Shown here one piece after another: positions 50,570 through 62,746 of a stretch of DNA of 64,000 bases. The number at the start of each line of letters is the position of its first letter. Positions within the stretch are counted from its first letter, which is position 1. Source of the DNA: Octopus sinensis (Eukaryota). Made by a program: the position numbers and the translations under genes. Under the pieces are notes generated by a model. It worked only from the letters and a program-made list of their open reading frames with translations. It made no database searches and was not told where the DNA came from. Where the stretch lies: contig NC_043013.1 of NCBI RefSeq assembly GCF_006345805.1, forward strand, positions 16,616,001 to 16,680,000, given 5' to 3'.

Positions 50570-52716
50570 ATGTGTGTGTGTGTGTGTGTGCATATGCATA
50601 TATTTATATATTATTTATATTATTATATGTGTGTGTGTGTGTGTATGCATATATGTATTTATATATGCATATATTTACATATTATTTATATTATTATACA
50701 TATATGTATCCCCATTCCCTGCAAGCATACCCTGGCACTTGCTGCCATCCCTCTCCTGCTCTTGCTGTCTCCTTTCTCTCTCTCTCTCTTTCCCTTGCTC
50801 CCCCCCCCCCACCTCTGGCTGAGTAATTACGTTGTCCTCATTCTTGATTTCTTACCTCTGGTTAGGTAACCATGTATCTCCTTTACAGCAGCACACCTCT
50901 TGGTAACTCCCACTCTCGCTCTAGGTAACTGTTTCTGCCTTCATTCTTAATCTCTTTCTCTTCCTCTCTCACTCACTCCCTCTCTCTCTTCCCCTCTCTC
51001 TGTCTCTTTGGCTAGGTAACTCTGGACCTCCCCAACAGCAAGATATCTGTTTCTGTCTCACTGTCTCACTATAACCTTTCATCATCTGACACAAGATCAC
51101 CTCCTCCAATGCTCCCTTCCCTCTCAAAGATCCTTTGTCTTGCAAAATCATTTGGCGACCCCAGCCAGAGTAGGCACCACTTAAAATGCACCCAGTCCAC
51201 ACTGTAAAGTAGTTGGCATTTTGGAAGGGTATCCGGCTGTACAAACCACGCCAAAACTGACCTCACCCATGCAAGTGCCATGTAGAAAGCACTCAGCCCA
51301 CTCTGTGGAGTGGTTGGTCTTAGGAAGGCCATCCAGCCATAAAAATCATGCCAAAGCACACTCAGAACCATGGTGCAGGCCCCCATCTGGTCAGCTCCTG
51401 TCAAACCATCCAATCGATGTCAACATGGACAGAGGATGTTAAATGATGATGATGTGCCACCTATATCACAATATATTTAATATATTATATCATCTTTAAC
51501 CACAGTAAAGTCCATTCGAACGGAGAGCCATGTTGAAGTGGCTACCAATATTACTTGTTAGTACAACTACTGCTATGATCACTAAAAGAGATTTTAAAAC
51601 GAGCATTTTTGCTTATATATATAGGCACAGGAGTGGCTGTGTGGTAAGTTGCTTGCTAACCAACCACATGGTTCCGGGTTCAGTCCCACTGCGTCTTCTA
51701 CTATAGCCTCGGGCCAACTAAAACCTTGTGAGTGGATTTGGTAGACGGAAACTGAAAGAAGCCCGTCGTATATATTTGTATGTATATATATGTATGTGTA
51801 TGTGTTGGTATGTCTGTGTTTGTCCCCCCCCAACATCGCTTGACAACCAATGCTGGTGTGTTTACGTCCCCGTAACTTAGCGGTTCGGCAAAAGAGAGCA
51901 GTAATAGACAAAACATATCCAGTCGAACCCATCAACAGAACACAATCCAGAACACCGATGTTCACCAAATATTTAATTAACTCAATCTGCATAATTGAAA
52001 CAGCTATAAGAGATAATGTTCAATTTGTTGTTGATAATAAACTCTTATTAACTTCATAATTTCCATTTTCTTCTTCTTCTTTTATATGAATATAAACTAC
52101 AAGTTTTCATATACATACCTATTACTTTAAGGAACCCCGTTCCCCAACAAAATATTAGGTATTGAACCGGTATTTCCTTGGATGACACCATCCCTTCATG
52201 AGGCTAACATAACTTCTAATCGAATTATATAGCATCTGTTGCCATTAATAGCTGACAAGAATGTATCATAGCTCTCTGCTCTGACATTCGAAACTCTGAG
52301 TACTATAATGGCAACCTTTTACTGTTTGTTCTAAATTATAACATATAGAAATAATCCTCTGTTTATCAAATATCGAGGTATCGTTCTTTTGTTCTCCTTT
52401 TTTTGTATCACCTAACTGTCTGGATGTTTTGCATTCTTGTCCCATTCTTATATTTCATCATCTGACACAAGATCACCTCCTCCAATGGCCTTTCCCCTCT
52501 CAAACACTCTTTGTGTTGCAAAATCACTTGGTGACCCCTGCCAGAGAAGGCGCCACTTAAAATGCACCCAGTCCACACTGTATAGTAGTTGGCATTTATA
52601 AAAGTTGCAAATTGAAGTTAACCATAAAACAATAGTAGCATGATACAGCAAACAATATATATGTCCCCATTACATTCCCATTAAAAAAAAAAAGAATTGC
52701 AACTCTTCTGGGGTAA

Positions 52717-53229
52717 TCTATATATATAAAACTGTAGTTGTGTGAGTGTCTGTCTCCTACGATTTAGATTCCTAACTACTCCCACATTTTGCGGTGCAGT
52801 TTAATCAAATTCGGGTATCTTATAGTCGTGATTCATATCGAGCCCGTCTGAGTATTAGCGCGCGTCTACGATGAGTCTACGATTTTAAAAATAATTTAAC
52901 ATCATTTTTTATTCCATTTTAATGCATAATTTTTCGTGTGTCGATGGCGGCGGAGTTGGCGTCCATGGTCACACCTGCACCTGTTTGCTTCTCCCCCTTC
53001 TTCCCTCCGTCGTGAAGCTGTGGGGAAGGGAGTGTAAGGAAATCAACGTCGTAAAGCGTTGTCAAGGAGACCAGCGTTCTTTTAGAACAACGACTTCATG
53101 GCTTGAAGACACCAAAACAGAAATGGCTAAGAAAGCCCGAATTGGCATCTATAAGGGAAGTAACTCTCTAAAAATGCTTATATAGTTATTTCCCTTACAA
53201 ACCCAAGCAACGCCGGGCGATACTGCTAG
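52717..53229 (+). mobile_element. Non-autonomous Helitron, copy 1
   Basis: A|TCTATATATATAAAACTG...GCAACGCCGGGCGATACTGCTAG|T. Confidence 0.8.
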
Positions 53230-53404
53230 TGAAGTATAATACATTGTGATTATCTAAATATGGAAATGCAACTATCGTGACAAGTGAGGTTTCATGTTGG
53301 TTGCAGGCCTTAGAATAATGTTGTCTACAAATGAAAATGAAGAAAAGTTTTACAGAGGGAAACGTTGATTTTCTATCACTGTCTTAGTATAAAACCACTC
53401 AGAA

Positions 53405-53533
53405 TTTTGTTTCAAATATATTATCACCATCATTGCCATTACCGTTATCATCACCACCATCACCAACATCATCACCATCACCAGCATTACCATCACCACC
53501 ACCATCACTATCACCATCAACATAAGTGCCACC

Positions 53534-53565
<32 letters not shown>

Positions 53566-53780
53566 CAGCACTAACACTATCACCTCCATCACCAGCAGCA
53601 GCACCACCACCACCATCATCACCTTTGCTACCATTAGCACCACCAGAAACAACACCATCATCACTATCACTGCCACCGCCACCACCATCACTACCACCAT
53701 TACCATCACCAACAACAACATCGCCACTACAACCAACTGCACCACCACTATCACCAAATCCTCCACCACCACCAAAATCT
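53405..53780. repeat. Degenerate (CAC/CAT/CAA)n trinucleotide tract
   Basis: Low-complexity translations in all frames. Confidence 0.85.
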
Positions 53781-54280
53781 CTTCACAGTCATACTGTGTT
53801 AAAAGTACAATATAGAACATTGTCTTTCTTGAACCCTTGTCAATGACACATGTCACAAGTCAAGATGACTAGTCACATGTCACATGCCTAGCTGAGTAGT
53901 CACATGTCACATGTCTTGATGACATTTATCCCCTCTGATGTATAGAAAACAATACATTCATTGGGCTGAATAAAAATTCGCTGTATGCAGTTGAAGTAGC
54001 ATTAGGCTAAAATACCTATTTATGCATCAGTCTCAAATGCTTGTGGGTCTCAACTGTGATGATATTCATCTCACCTCGAGACACGTATAATATGCTTTTA
54101 TACTGTCAACCGTATATATGTGTGGGTATATAGTAATTGATGGCCTATAAGACACAGCCTAGCCTAGGCTATACTTTTGTAAAATAAATTACCACTAAAA
54201 TAATGTTTTAATTCCTCCACTTACCTGTATGACTTTATGTTATCACTGGTAATAATTACAAGCAATTTATTGCATCCACA

Positions 54281-54794
54281 CCTATATATATAAAACTGTA
54301 GTTGTGTGAGTGTCTGTCCCCTCCGATTTAGATTCCTAACTACTCCCACATTTTGTGGTGCAGTTTAACCAAATTCAGGTATCTTATAGTCGTGATTCAT
54401 ATCGAGCCCGTCTGGATATTAGCGCGCGTCTACGATGAGTCTACGATTTTAAAAATAATTTAACATCATTTTTTATTCCATTTTAATGCATAATTTTTCG
54501 TGTGTCGATGGCGGCAGAGTTGGCGTCCATGGTCACACCTGCACCTGTGTTGCTTTTCCCCCTTCTTCCCTCCGTCGTGAAGCTGTGGGGAAGGGAGTGT
54601 AAGGAAATCAACGTCGTAAAGCGTTGTCAAGGAGACCAGCGTTCTTTTAGAACAACGACTTCATGGCTTGAAGACACCAAAACAGAAATGGCTAAGAAAG
54701 CCCGAATTGGCATCTATAAGGGAAGTAACTCTCTAAAAATGCTTATATAGTTATTTCCTTTACAAACCCGAGCAACGCTGAGCGATACTGCTAG
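54281..54794 (+). mobile_element. Non-autonomous Helitron, copy 2 (close copy of 52717-53229)
   Basis: Same ~513-bp sequence with few substitutions, CTAG|T end and different flanks. Confidence 0.8.
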
Positions 54795-55322
54795 TTTGAT
54801 ATAAATATACCATAGCCGATTGTTCACCAATAGATGACAGCACACGTTTTGTAAACATACATACCATTGTGAGTGAGTTTTGAGCCCACATTGAGTGCAT
54901 TGGATGCAGGGGGATTTTTTAAGCCATGTTGGGGTTAAAAAATGGTGTGTCTTATAGACCATTATATACAGTATGTGTGTGTGTGTGTGTGTGTCATCAT
55001 CATCATCGTTTAACGTCTGTTTTCCATGCTAGCATGGGTTGGATGGTTCGACCGGGGTCTGGTAAGCCATGGATGCTGCACCAGGCACCAGTCTGATCTG
55101 GCAGTGTTTCTACAGCTGAATGCCCTTCCTAACGCCAACCATTCCGTGAGTGCAGTGGGTGCTTTTTACGTGCCACCGGCACAGGTGCAAGGGGAGGCTG
55201 GCAATGACAACGATCGGTTGGTGGTTATCATGTGCCACTGGCACGGAAGCCAGTCAAGGCAGCACTGGCATCGGCCAAGTATGGATGGTACTTTTTACGT
55301 GCCACCGGCACAGGTGCCAGGG

Positions 55323-55408
<86 letters not shown>

Positions 55409-56204
55409 GTGTGTGTATGTGCTTGCTTGTACGTAACATATGTATGAATGAATGTATTTAAGGATTGACAGATCTCTCTCTCACACACACACATACATAA
55501 AGTACACCAGTATAGGAAAATGATGTTAAATGTCAATGATATATGAATGTATGTTTATATTTGCAGAAATATTTAACTGTATTTATTTGTATATATATGT
55601 ATGTAGATATGTAGAAATGAGCATACATACACATAAATGTGTGTGGAATACATTTGTGTGTATGTGTTATTCATTCTGTTTACATTTTTTCATCTTCAAA
55701 TGCATCCCAATATGACACTCTCAAATAAAAAAATCTCAAGAATTTTGAACAATATCACATGTTTGAAGACTCACATGCTAAATAGTCTTACTCATATGTT
55801 ACTTCTCTGTAGTCACATGGTATACCAGAAACAGCTGCTAAATCTCCTCAAAATCACAACCTAACATCTTAGAGAAAAAAGCACATTAGATTGTATGATT
55901 TAGAGTTACTTCTCCAGAGGGTAAAAGACATCTTTGATCATATACCTGCTCAAAAACCAAGCCAGTGTTGAGCACTCTTTCTCACTGTTCAATATTAGCA
56001 TATATAAAGGCAGTGAGATGGCAGAATCATTAGCACACTGGGCAACATACAGCATTTTGTTCATCTTCACATTCTGAGTTCAAATTCAACTTTACCTTTC
56101 ATCCCTTTGGGGTCAATAAAATGAATACCAGTTGAATACTGGACATAACTTATCCCTCCCCTAAATTGGTGACTCAGTGCCAAAATCTGGAACCAATATT
56201 AGCA

Positions 56205-56660
<456 letters not shown>

Positions 56661-56937
56661 ATAAAAATTTTGCAATTAAGGACAACTACTAATAAGGAAA
56701 ACTTAACAAGAAATTGTCAGGTAGATAGCGTAAAAACCTCATAAGAGAAAAAATTTCGAAAATAATTATTTCTTATTGAACATATTAATTTATATATAGA
56801 GGGCATAATTATACATACATGCCAGGAGGCATTATATATACCTGCCAAACGCTAAGAGGGACAATCAGTCATTCTACCAAAAATATTACTAATCCCACCG
56901 AATGCAATTTTTCAAAGTAAGACATTTAAAAATATAT

Positions 56938-56985
56938 AGGCCTGTATCACAGTGATTTCATACTTACGTAATCATCAGCAGGCCT
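56938..56985 (-). ncRNA. Type I hammerhead ribozyme, identical to 57471-57518
   Basis: Reverse complement: AGGCCTG-CTGATGA-TTACGTAAGTAT-GAAA-TCAC-T-GTGA-TA-CAGGCCT. Confidence 0.85.
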
Positions 56986-57470
56986 GAATGTATTATAAAT
57001 AAACAACGACCCTGCCTCGCTTAAGCCGACAGGCCTATATATTTTTAAATGTCTTACTTTGAAAAATTGCATTCGGTGGGATTAGTAATATTTTTGGTAG
57101 AAATGACTGATTGTCCCTCTTAGCGTTTGGCAGGTATATATAATGCCTCCTGGCATGTATGTATAATTATGCCCTCTATATATAAATTAATATGTTCAAT
57201 AAGAAATAATTATTTTCGAAATTTTTCTCTTATGAGGTTTTTACGCTATCTACCTGACAATTTCTTGTTAAGTTTTCCTTATTAAGTAGTTGTCCTTAAT
57301 TGCAAAATTTTTATTCCGAAAAAACTTTTCCTCTCCCGAAATGCAATTTTATAAAAGTTTGCCATTCACCCGGATGTAATATATATAAACTCACCCATGT
57401 GCTCGTTGATGTTGATCAGTTAGCTGTTCGGCTTAAGCGAGGCAGGGTCGTTGTTTATTATAATACATTC

Positions 57471-57518
57471 AGGCCTGCTGATGATTACGTAAGTATGAAA
57501 TCACTGTGATACAGGCCT
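57471..57518 (+). ncRNA. Type I hammerhead ribozyme (predicted cut after A57511, AUA triplet)
   Basis: Perfect 7-bp stem I AGGCCTG/CAGGCCT, intact CTGATGA and GAAA, stem II TAC-GTAA-GTA (GNRA loop) closed by U.U, stem III ATCAC-T-GTGAT with a 1-nt loop. Confidence 0.85.
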
Positions 57519-57721
57519 ATATATTTTTAAATGTCTTACTTTGAAAAATTGCATTCGGTGGGATTAGTAATATTTTTGGTAGAAATGACTGATTGTCCCT
57601 CTTAGCGTTTGGCAGGTATATATAATGCCTCCTGGCATATATGTATATATATATATGTATATATATATAACCCATGCTAGCATGGAAAACGGACGCTAAA
57701 CGACGATGATGATGATGATGA

Positions 57722-57848
57722 TGTATATAAAAGGAATTATGTACATTTTTTACAATTGACAGACATTTGTCCTCATCTTGTTTGTTGTTAACACACCATT
57801 TCAGCTGATATACCCTCCAGCCTTCATCAGGTTTTCATTCCTAAGGTA
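57722..57848 (-). mobile_element. ~125-bp repeat with a decayed minimal hammerhead; copies at 58158-58272(-) and 62648-62733(+)
   Basis: AAAAC-CTGATGA-AGGCTG-GAGGGTATAT-CAGCT-GAAA-TG(T)T-GTGTT. Each copy carries a different lesion. Confidence 0.65.
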
Positions 57849-58356
57849 TTGTATATATATATATATATGCTTAAAATGCTAAGTGAGTACAAACATTCTG
57901 GTACACAAAATGCATGAGAGAACATACTGGATATCACATTGGTAGACAGGGGTGTCTCTGTGACCTCACACATGGCTCAGTTGAACTGTGTTTGAGAAGC
58001 AGAGATGAGGGCACTGGTCACACAAAAAGAGACTCTTTTATGTCCTTCCCAGGGAGAGGGTTCACATCCTCTATATATCCAGCAAGTCTCAATAGGGTGT
58101 ATGCCATCCTGTTGTTCTTGAATATTTTAACACCCTACAGTTCTATATTCAAGAGATGAGGAATTATGTACATTATTTACAATTGATGGATATTTGTCCT
58201 CATCTTGTTTGTTGTTAATACAACATTTTAGCTGATATACCCTCCAGCCTTCATCAGGTTTTCATTCCTAATGTATTATTATTCAGGTCACTACCCGGCA
58301 GCAGCAATAATTATAATAATAATAGTGATAACAATAATAGTAATAATAATAATAAC

Positions 58357-58386
<30 letters not shown>

Positions 58387-58387
<1 letters not shown>

Positions 58388-58719
58388 GGGAGCATCATAG
58401 CCATGTGTTGAGAGGGATTCTTTGGGGTTTGAATAATTCACCTCTGGAAACATGGGTGGTTCTTTCAACATCCTTAAACAACCCTTATTCAGGGACCGTT
58501 TGAGTGGGATGGGCTACTCAACCTGAAGAAAATTCTAACTGGGCCCCACCTGCAAGGTCATGTGCTGTTTATCTTGATATGAGATCACCATGTCGTGCAC
58601 ATATGGTTGTGATGTATGTGCCTGGTGTACCCTTATCAGACGGGTAGTCATGATGGGTATATTGGGCTTCGTATATTTTACCCCAGTGTCACTTTGATGG
58701 CATGAACTGCTCTCTCACT
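58387..58719. mobile_element. ~330-bp unclassified, probably interspersed, element flanked by (AAT)n on both sides
   Basis: Complex sequence bounded by (AAT)n at ~58305-58386 and 58720-58802. There is no second copy in the window, so repeat status is assumed. Confidence 0.35.
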
Positions 58720-58760
58720 CAATAATAATAATAATAATAATAAAAATAATAATAATAATG

Positions 58761-58802
<42 letters not shown>

Positions 58803-58805
<3 letters not shown>

Positions 58806-61800
58806 GTTAATCTGGAAGCGCGTCCCCCAGGGAAGAGCCAGCCTGGGATCGAAAAGTCATCAACTGGCACAAACTCTTCTCCGAATACGGACATGGATGG
58901 TCACTTGAACGGGAAATCCCCCAACTCGAGCCCTCCAAGTTCACCACCACAACCACCACAGAAAGAAAAATGTAAGCGGAACATAATGGACCCGAGAAGA
59001 GTATAAAGAAGTAATATACGCTTATTACTATGCATTAGGTAGGCCATTTCAAGAGAGACACACCGCAAACTCTTACAGTATATGGAGAACACGGAATCAA
59101 GACAGTAGGCCCTATTTGGACGAGAACAAATTAGCAAATGTGAGGAGGGATATCTTTAGAAATAACAGACTCACAGACAGTGAAATAAGTGCGATCAAGC
59201 ACGCAACAGAAAATGACATAAATATAAGACACAAAGGAAATGAAGAATCAGATGAACAGTATAGCCCGCCACGAGGCTTAATTGAAAGACTGCCATCTGA
59301 CCAAAGTACGCAAAGGCCTGAAGATACAAGAAATTCTATTGTACCTGTTAAAGATAGCCAGGAAAACGAAAAAACAACAATAACTGAAGATCTCGCATTT
59401 GCTGAAGAACACAGAGAGTCTATGGCAGAAATGAGGCAGAAAATCCTGAATACGCTTGAAGTTGTAAGACATACAAGTATGAATGATAGAGAACCGCTTC
59501 ATAAACTCTCAAATACAAACCAAAATAAAAAACAAATCCAAATTGGCAACTATGTAACAAATGAAATAATACGAGAATTAAAACCTGATTTTACTGAGTT
59601 AAATGAAATTATTTACGCTTCTGCTAGGGCAATTGAAACCAGCTGTATTCCCCCGAAAAAACAAAGAAAACAAAACCTGGGAAGAAATCAAACCTGGAGA
59701 AGTAAAATTGAAAAAGAGATTGAATTTATGAGAGGGGAAATATCAATATTAAATGAACTAATATGTGGAAATGATGTAAGATCCAGAACAGGAAGAAAGA
59801 TGAAGAGAAAATTTGGATCCTCACCAAGAGAAGAACTGATATCAATAAAAGAAACGCTGAAACAAAAAGTCCAAGCAAAAGCCCAAAGAATACGAAGATT
59901 TGAGAAGAGAAACAAGTTTTACAAGCAAAATAAGCTGTTCACATCCAATGCCAAAAAATTCTACAGAGAAATAGGGAAGGAGAAAGTAACCGTTAAAGAC
60001 CCCCCTCCCATGGAAGAAGTTCAAAACTTTTGGGAAAGGATTTGGAGCGACAAGAAGACGTACAACATAAATGCAGACTGGATTATACAAACTGAAGGAT
60101 CCTACCAAAATTTACAACAACAAGCATGAGAAGACATCACAATAGCAGACCTAAGAAAGGCACTCACGAAGGCCCATAATTGGAAATCCCCCGGTAAAGA
60201 TAGGGTGCCGAATTTCTGGCTCGCATCGCTCCCGTGCGCACACGGTAAGCTAGTTCAGCTGCTCAATGGAATTTTGAGAGACCCAAAGAAAACACCTGAA
60301 TGGTTAGCAAGTGGCATTACTTACCTACTCCCAAAGAATAACGAAACCAACCTTCCAAAAAACTATCGGCCTATAACCTGTCTATCCACCACGTATAAAA
60401 TCCTAACATCTATCCTGGCGGAGAAAACATATGCATTCATGGAGAAGAACGATATTTTCCCCATTGAACAAAAAGGGTGCCGCCGAGGCTCTTACGGATG
60501 CAAAGATCAACTGCTAATCAATCGTATGATCCTTGAGAACTGTCACAACAAGCGCAGAAATCTCAGCACCGCATGGATTGACTATAAAAAGGCCTTCGAC
60601 AGTATACCGCATCCATGGATCTTGAGATCGCTGGACATCTTTAAAATTTCCCCTGTGATTTCAAACTTCCTGAAGCACAATATGTCGTTGGGGAATACGA
60701 ATCTCCAATTATACCACTCTAATGGAGTACTTGCCTCAGAAAATATAAACATCAACTGTGGAATTTTTCAAGGTGACTCACTTTCACCTTTAATATTCTG
60801 CATAGCCCTAATACCCCTTACAAGTGAATTAAACAGAACAGGGTATGGGTATAAAATTGCCAATAAAAAAATAAGCCATCTATTTTATATGGATGACTTA
60901 AAACTTTATGGTAAAGACAATAATGAACTTGAAGGCCAATTGCGCACCGTGAAAGCATTCAGCGATGACATCGGGATGGAGTTTGGACTTGAGAAGTGTG
61001 CCAGAAAGGGAAAGTGAAGACCACAAATTCAGTCGTGTTAGATGTTGACACAGTCATAAGAGAGCTTGAGCAAGAACAGACATACAAATATTTAGGGATA
61101 AATGAAGGCTCTGGTATTCAGCATGCAAGCATGAAAGAGAAAATCAGGAAGGAATGTTATAGGAGAGTTCGTGCAGTCCTGAAATCTGAACTAAATGCAC
61201 GTAACAAGGTGTTAGCTATAAATTCCTTAGCAGTTCCAGTTGTTACTTATAGCTACAATGTGTTGAACTGGAATATGAGTGAAGTAAAGAATATAGATAG
61301 AAAAATACGCAAGCTGCTGAGTTGTAATAGGATGCACCACCCAAAGGCAGACGTAGATCGCCTTTACCTTCCCAGAGCCCAAGGAGGTCGAGGCCTGATC
61401 CAATTTGAACTAGCTTACAAAACAACCACAATTGGACTGGCCAAATATCTCGAAATATCGAATGACTGGATGCTAAAGCTCGTGGAAAATCACGAGAGAC
61501 GAAAGAAGCTTCATTCTATCATCAAGGAAAGCAAAAAATTTGCTATTGATCTCGTGCAGGATACCCAAACTGAACAACCGAGGGAAGTACGGCAACTATT
61601 GTTGCAAAGAAGGTGAAAATGATGGCAATGAAAAAAGCGCACGAGCAATTGGCTGATAGGTGGGAGGAGAAACCTCTGCACGGCAAAATGTGACCCGCAG
61701 CAAACAAGCTGATGTTGACCAGAAGCAAACCCATCAGTGGCTGCGGAGCTCAGGGCTAAAAGCAGAGAGCGAAGGTTTCATCCTGGCTGCTCAAGACCAA

Positions 61801-62423
61801 AGCCTATTAACCCGGAACTACCAGGCCAATGCGATGAAAAATGGAGCAGACCAAAATGCCGATTCTGCAACGACATGATTGAAACAGTGGACCACCTAAT
61901 CTCTGGATGTAAAGTTTTAGCACCAGTGGAGTATAAATTAAGACATGACAGAGTTGGCCAATATCTCCACTGGCTAATAAGTCGGCATTACAATATCAAA
62001 ACTGCCGACAAGTGGTATAATCACCACCCTGAGGCTGTAACTGAAGGAGAAAATGTAACCATTCTGTGGGACTTTCCAGTACATACAGACCGAACCATCA
62101 AGGCCAATAAACCAGATATTGTTGTGAAAGACCAAAACAATAAAGTTTGCTTATTGATCGACATGAGCATCCCCTGTGATCATAATATCTCAGCGAAAGA
62201 GTTTGACAAGCTCAGAAAATATAAAGACCTACTCATTGAAATTGAGAAAATGTGGCATCTCAAGGCGGTTACAATACCAGTGATCGTAGGAGCACTAGGA
62301 ATGATCAAGAAGGGAACCGAAAATTATATGAGAATGATCCCTGGCTTACCATCCCTGCAAGAAGTGCAAAAGATTGTCTTAACTGGTACATCACACGTAT
62401 TGAGAAGAGCATTGTCGATGTGA
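58803..62423 (+). pseudogene. RT / restriction-like endonuclease polyprotein, disrupted
   Basis: One in-frame TGA at 60127-60129 (at a position where Trp is expected) and frame changes near 58985, 61005, 61600-61670 and 61855. Confidence 0.88.
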
Positions 62424-62455
62424 GAACTGTTGCTGCTCATGTATTTTAATTTAAC

Positions 62456-62486
<31 letters not shown>

Positions 62487-62606
62487 AACGAACTACTGAG
62501 TTTGGTTTAATGGCCTACCAATATACACTATGAGTTTCTTTGCCCTAGGAGTCGGGAAGACACTCGGCAAGAAATGGAAGAAAATTTGAAAGAAGAAAAA
62601 AAAAAG
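58803..62606 (+). mobile_element. Near full-length R4/Dong-clade non-LTR retrotransposon (single RT-RLE ORF), inactivated, embedded in (TAA)n
   Basis: N-terminal WTREEYKEVIYAYYY, NWKSPGKD, WIDYKKAFDSIPH, GIFQGDSLSP, YMDDLKLY, CRFCNDMIETVDHLISGC, RHD, KPDIVVKD...LIDMSIP, KYKDL; stop at 62421-62423; 3' UTR; A-tail. (AAT)n at 58720-58802 and 62607-62635. Confidence 0.93.
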
Positions 62607-62746
62607 TAATAATAATAATAATAATAATAATAATACCACCACCACCTTAGGAATGAAAACCTGATGAAGGCTGAAATGTTGTGTTAACAACAAACAAGAT
62701 GAGGACAAATATCCATCAATTGTAAATAATGTTTAACACCCTAAGC

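Larger units (their letters stand above)
56661..57640. mobile_element. Retrozyme/Penelope-terminal-repeat-like element: inverted partial copy (56661-57029), one full 482-nt unit (57030-57511) and a partial second unit (57512-57640), inside (TA)n
   Basis: Near-identical direct and inverted copies, with hammerheads at the unit boundaries. Confidence 0.8.

Noticed and set aside
52922-54750. Duplicated 82-87-aa ORFs (…VVKLWGRECKEINVVKRCQGDQRSF…)
   Set aside because: They lie inside two copies of a non-autonomous Helitron and show no recognisable domain.
58803-62423. Active retrotransposon or host reverse-transcriptase gene
   Set aside because: One nonsense codon and several frameshifts. Some could be assembly indels, but it cannot be called intact.
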